A stretch of DNA of 56,108 nt from positions 1-56,108 of the IMG/VR virus record IMGVR_UViG_3300031565_000040, one strand, 5' to 3'. Of this stretch, positions 55,937 through 56,108 are shown piece by piece; positions within the stretch are counted from its first letter, which is position 1; each line of letters opens with the position of its first letter. The translations under genes were made by a program, and so were the position numbers. The notes beneath the pieces are model-generated. The model made no database searches and was not told the origin of the DNA. It was given only the letters and a program-made list of their open reading frames with translations. The stretch is from a virus. Lineage: Duplodnaviria > Caudoviricetes.

Positions 55937-56108
55937 ATGCCCGAAGAAAAGAAATCAATTTATCAGTTAAAGCTGCACGAAGAACTGTCACTTAGTAAAT
56001 GGATGTGTGTATTGAGAGTTCCAGGTGGATGGATATACCAAACCTCTGACCCTCGATATGAATGGGACAATATGGCCGTTTTCGTCCCTTTCAGCAACCA
56101 ATTTTATC
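55937..56108 (+). CDS. Allele of gene 2283-2675, 3'-truncated by the window edge
   Basis: MPEEKKSIYQLKLHEELSLSKWMCV vs MPEEKKSIYELKLHEELSLNKWLCV. Confidence 0.8.
   Translation, partial: MPEEKKSIYQLKLHEELSLSKWMCVLRVPGGWIYQTSDPRYEWDNMAVFVPFSNQFY

Noticed and set aside
1-56108. Alternative genetic code or stop-codon recoding
   Set aside because: Core genes are full length and tightly packed under the standard bacterial code, and all three stops are used

Overview
The window is one complete, circularly permuted genome of a temperate T7/BPP-1-like podovirus, with a unit length of 53,348 bp (position n recurs at n+53,348). It is followed by about 2.8 kb from a closely related but non-identical copy, and no host DNA is evident. 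The order of modules is: tyrosine integrase overlapping a tRNA-Pro(GGG) 3'-half attP; early and recombination genes (YqaJ exonuclease, SSB-like protein, PD-(D/E)XK nuclease, C5 methyltransferase with an overprinted second frame); an inverted island with a second tyrosine recombinase; TerS/TerL, portal, scaffold, major capsid and cement proteins; a 1779-aa repeat protein and fibre/lectin proteins; tail adaptor, nozzle and nozzle paralog; internal virion proteins; holin-like genes; and an immunity switch. Two systems stand out. First, eight late virion-module genes, including the conserved tail nozzle, start with Sec-type signal peptides or anchors, while head proteins lack them and no endolysin is recognisable, which suggests extracytoplasmic tail or fibre maturation. 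Second, most accessory genes are bracketed by locus-specific short direct repeats (about 10 families), and the two copies of the post-integrase region carry different genes between the same repeats, which is evidence of cassette exchange. Also notable are a J-domain inside the large ejection protein and a free-standing fragment of a TerL. All functional calls come from motif recognition by eye; no database searches were run.
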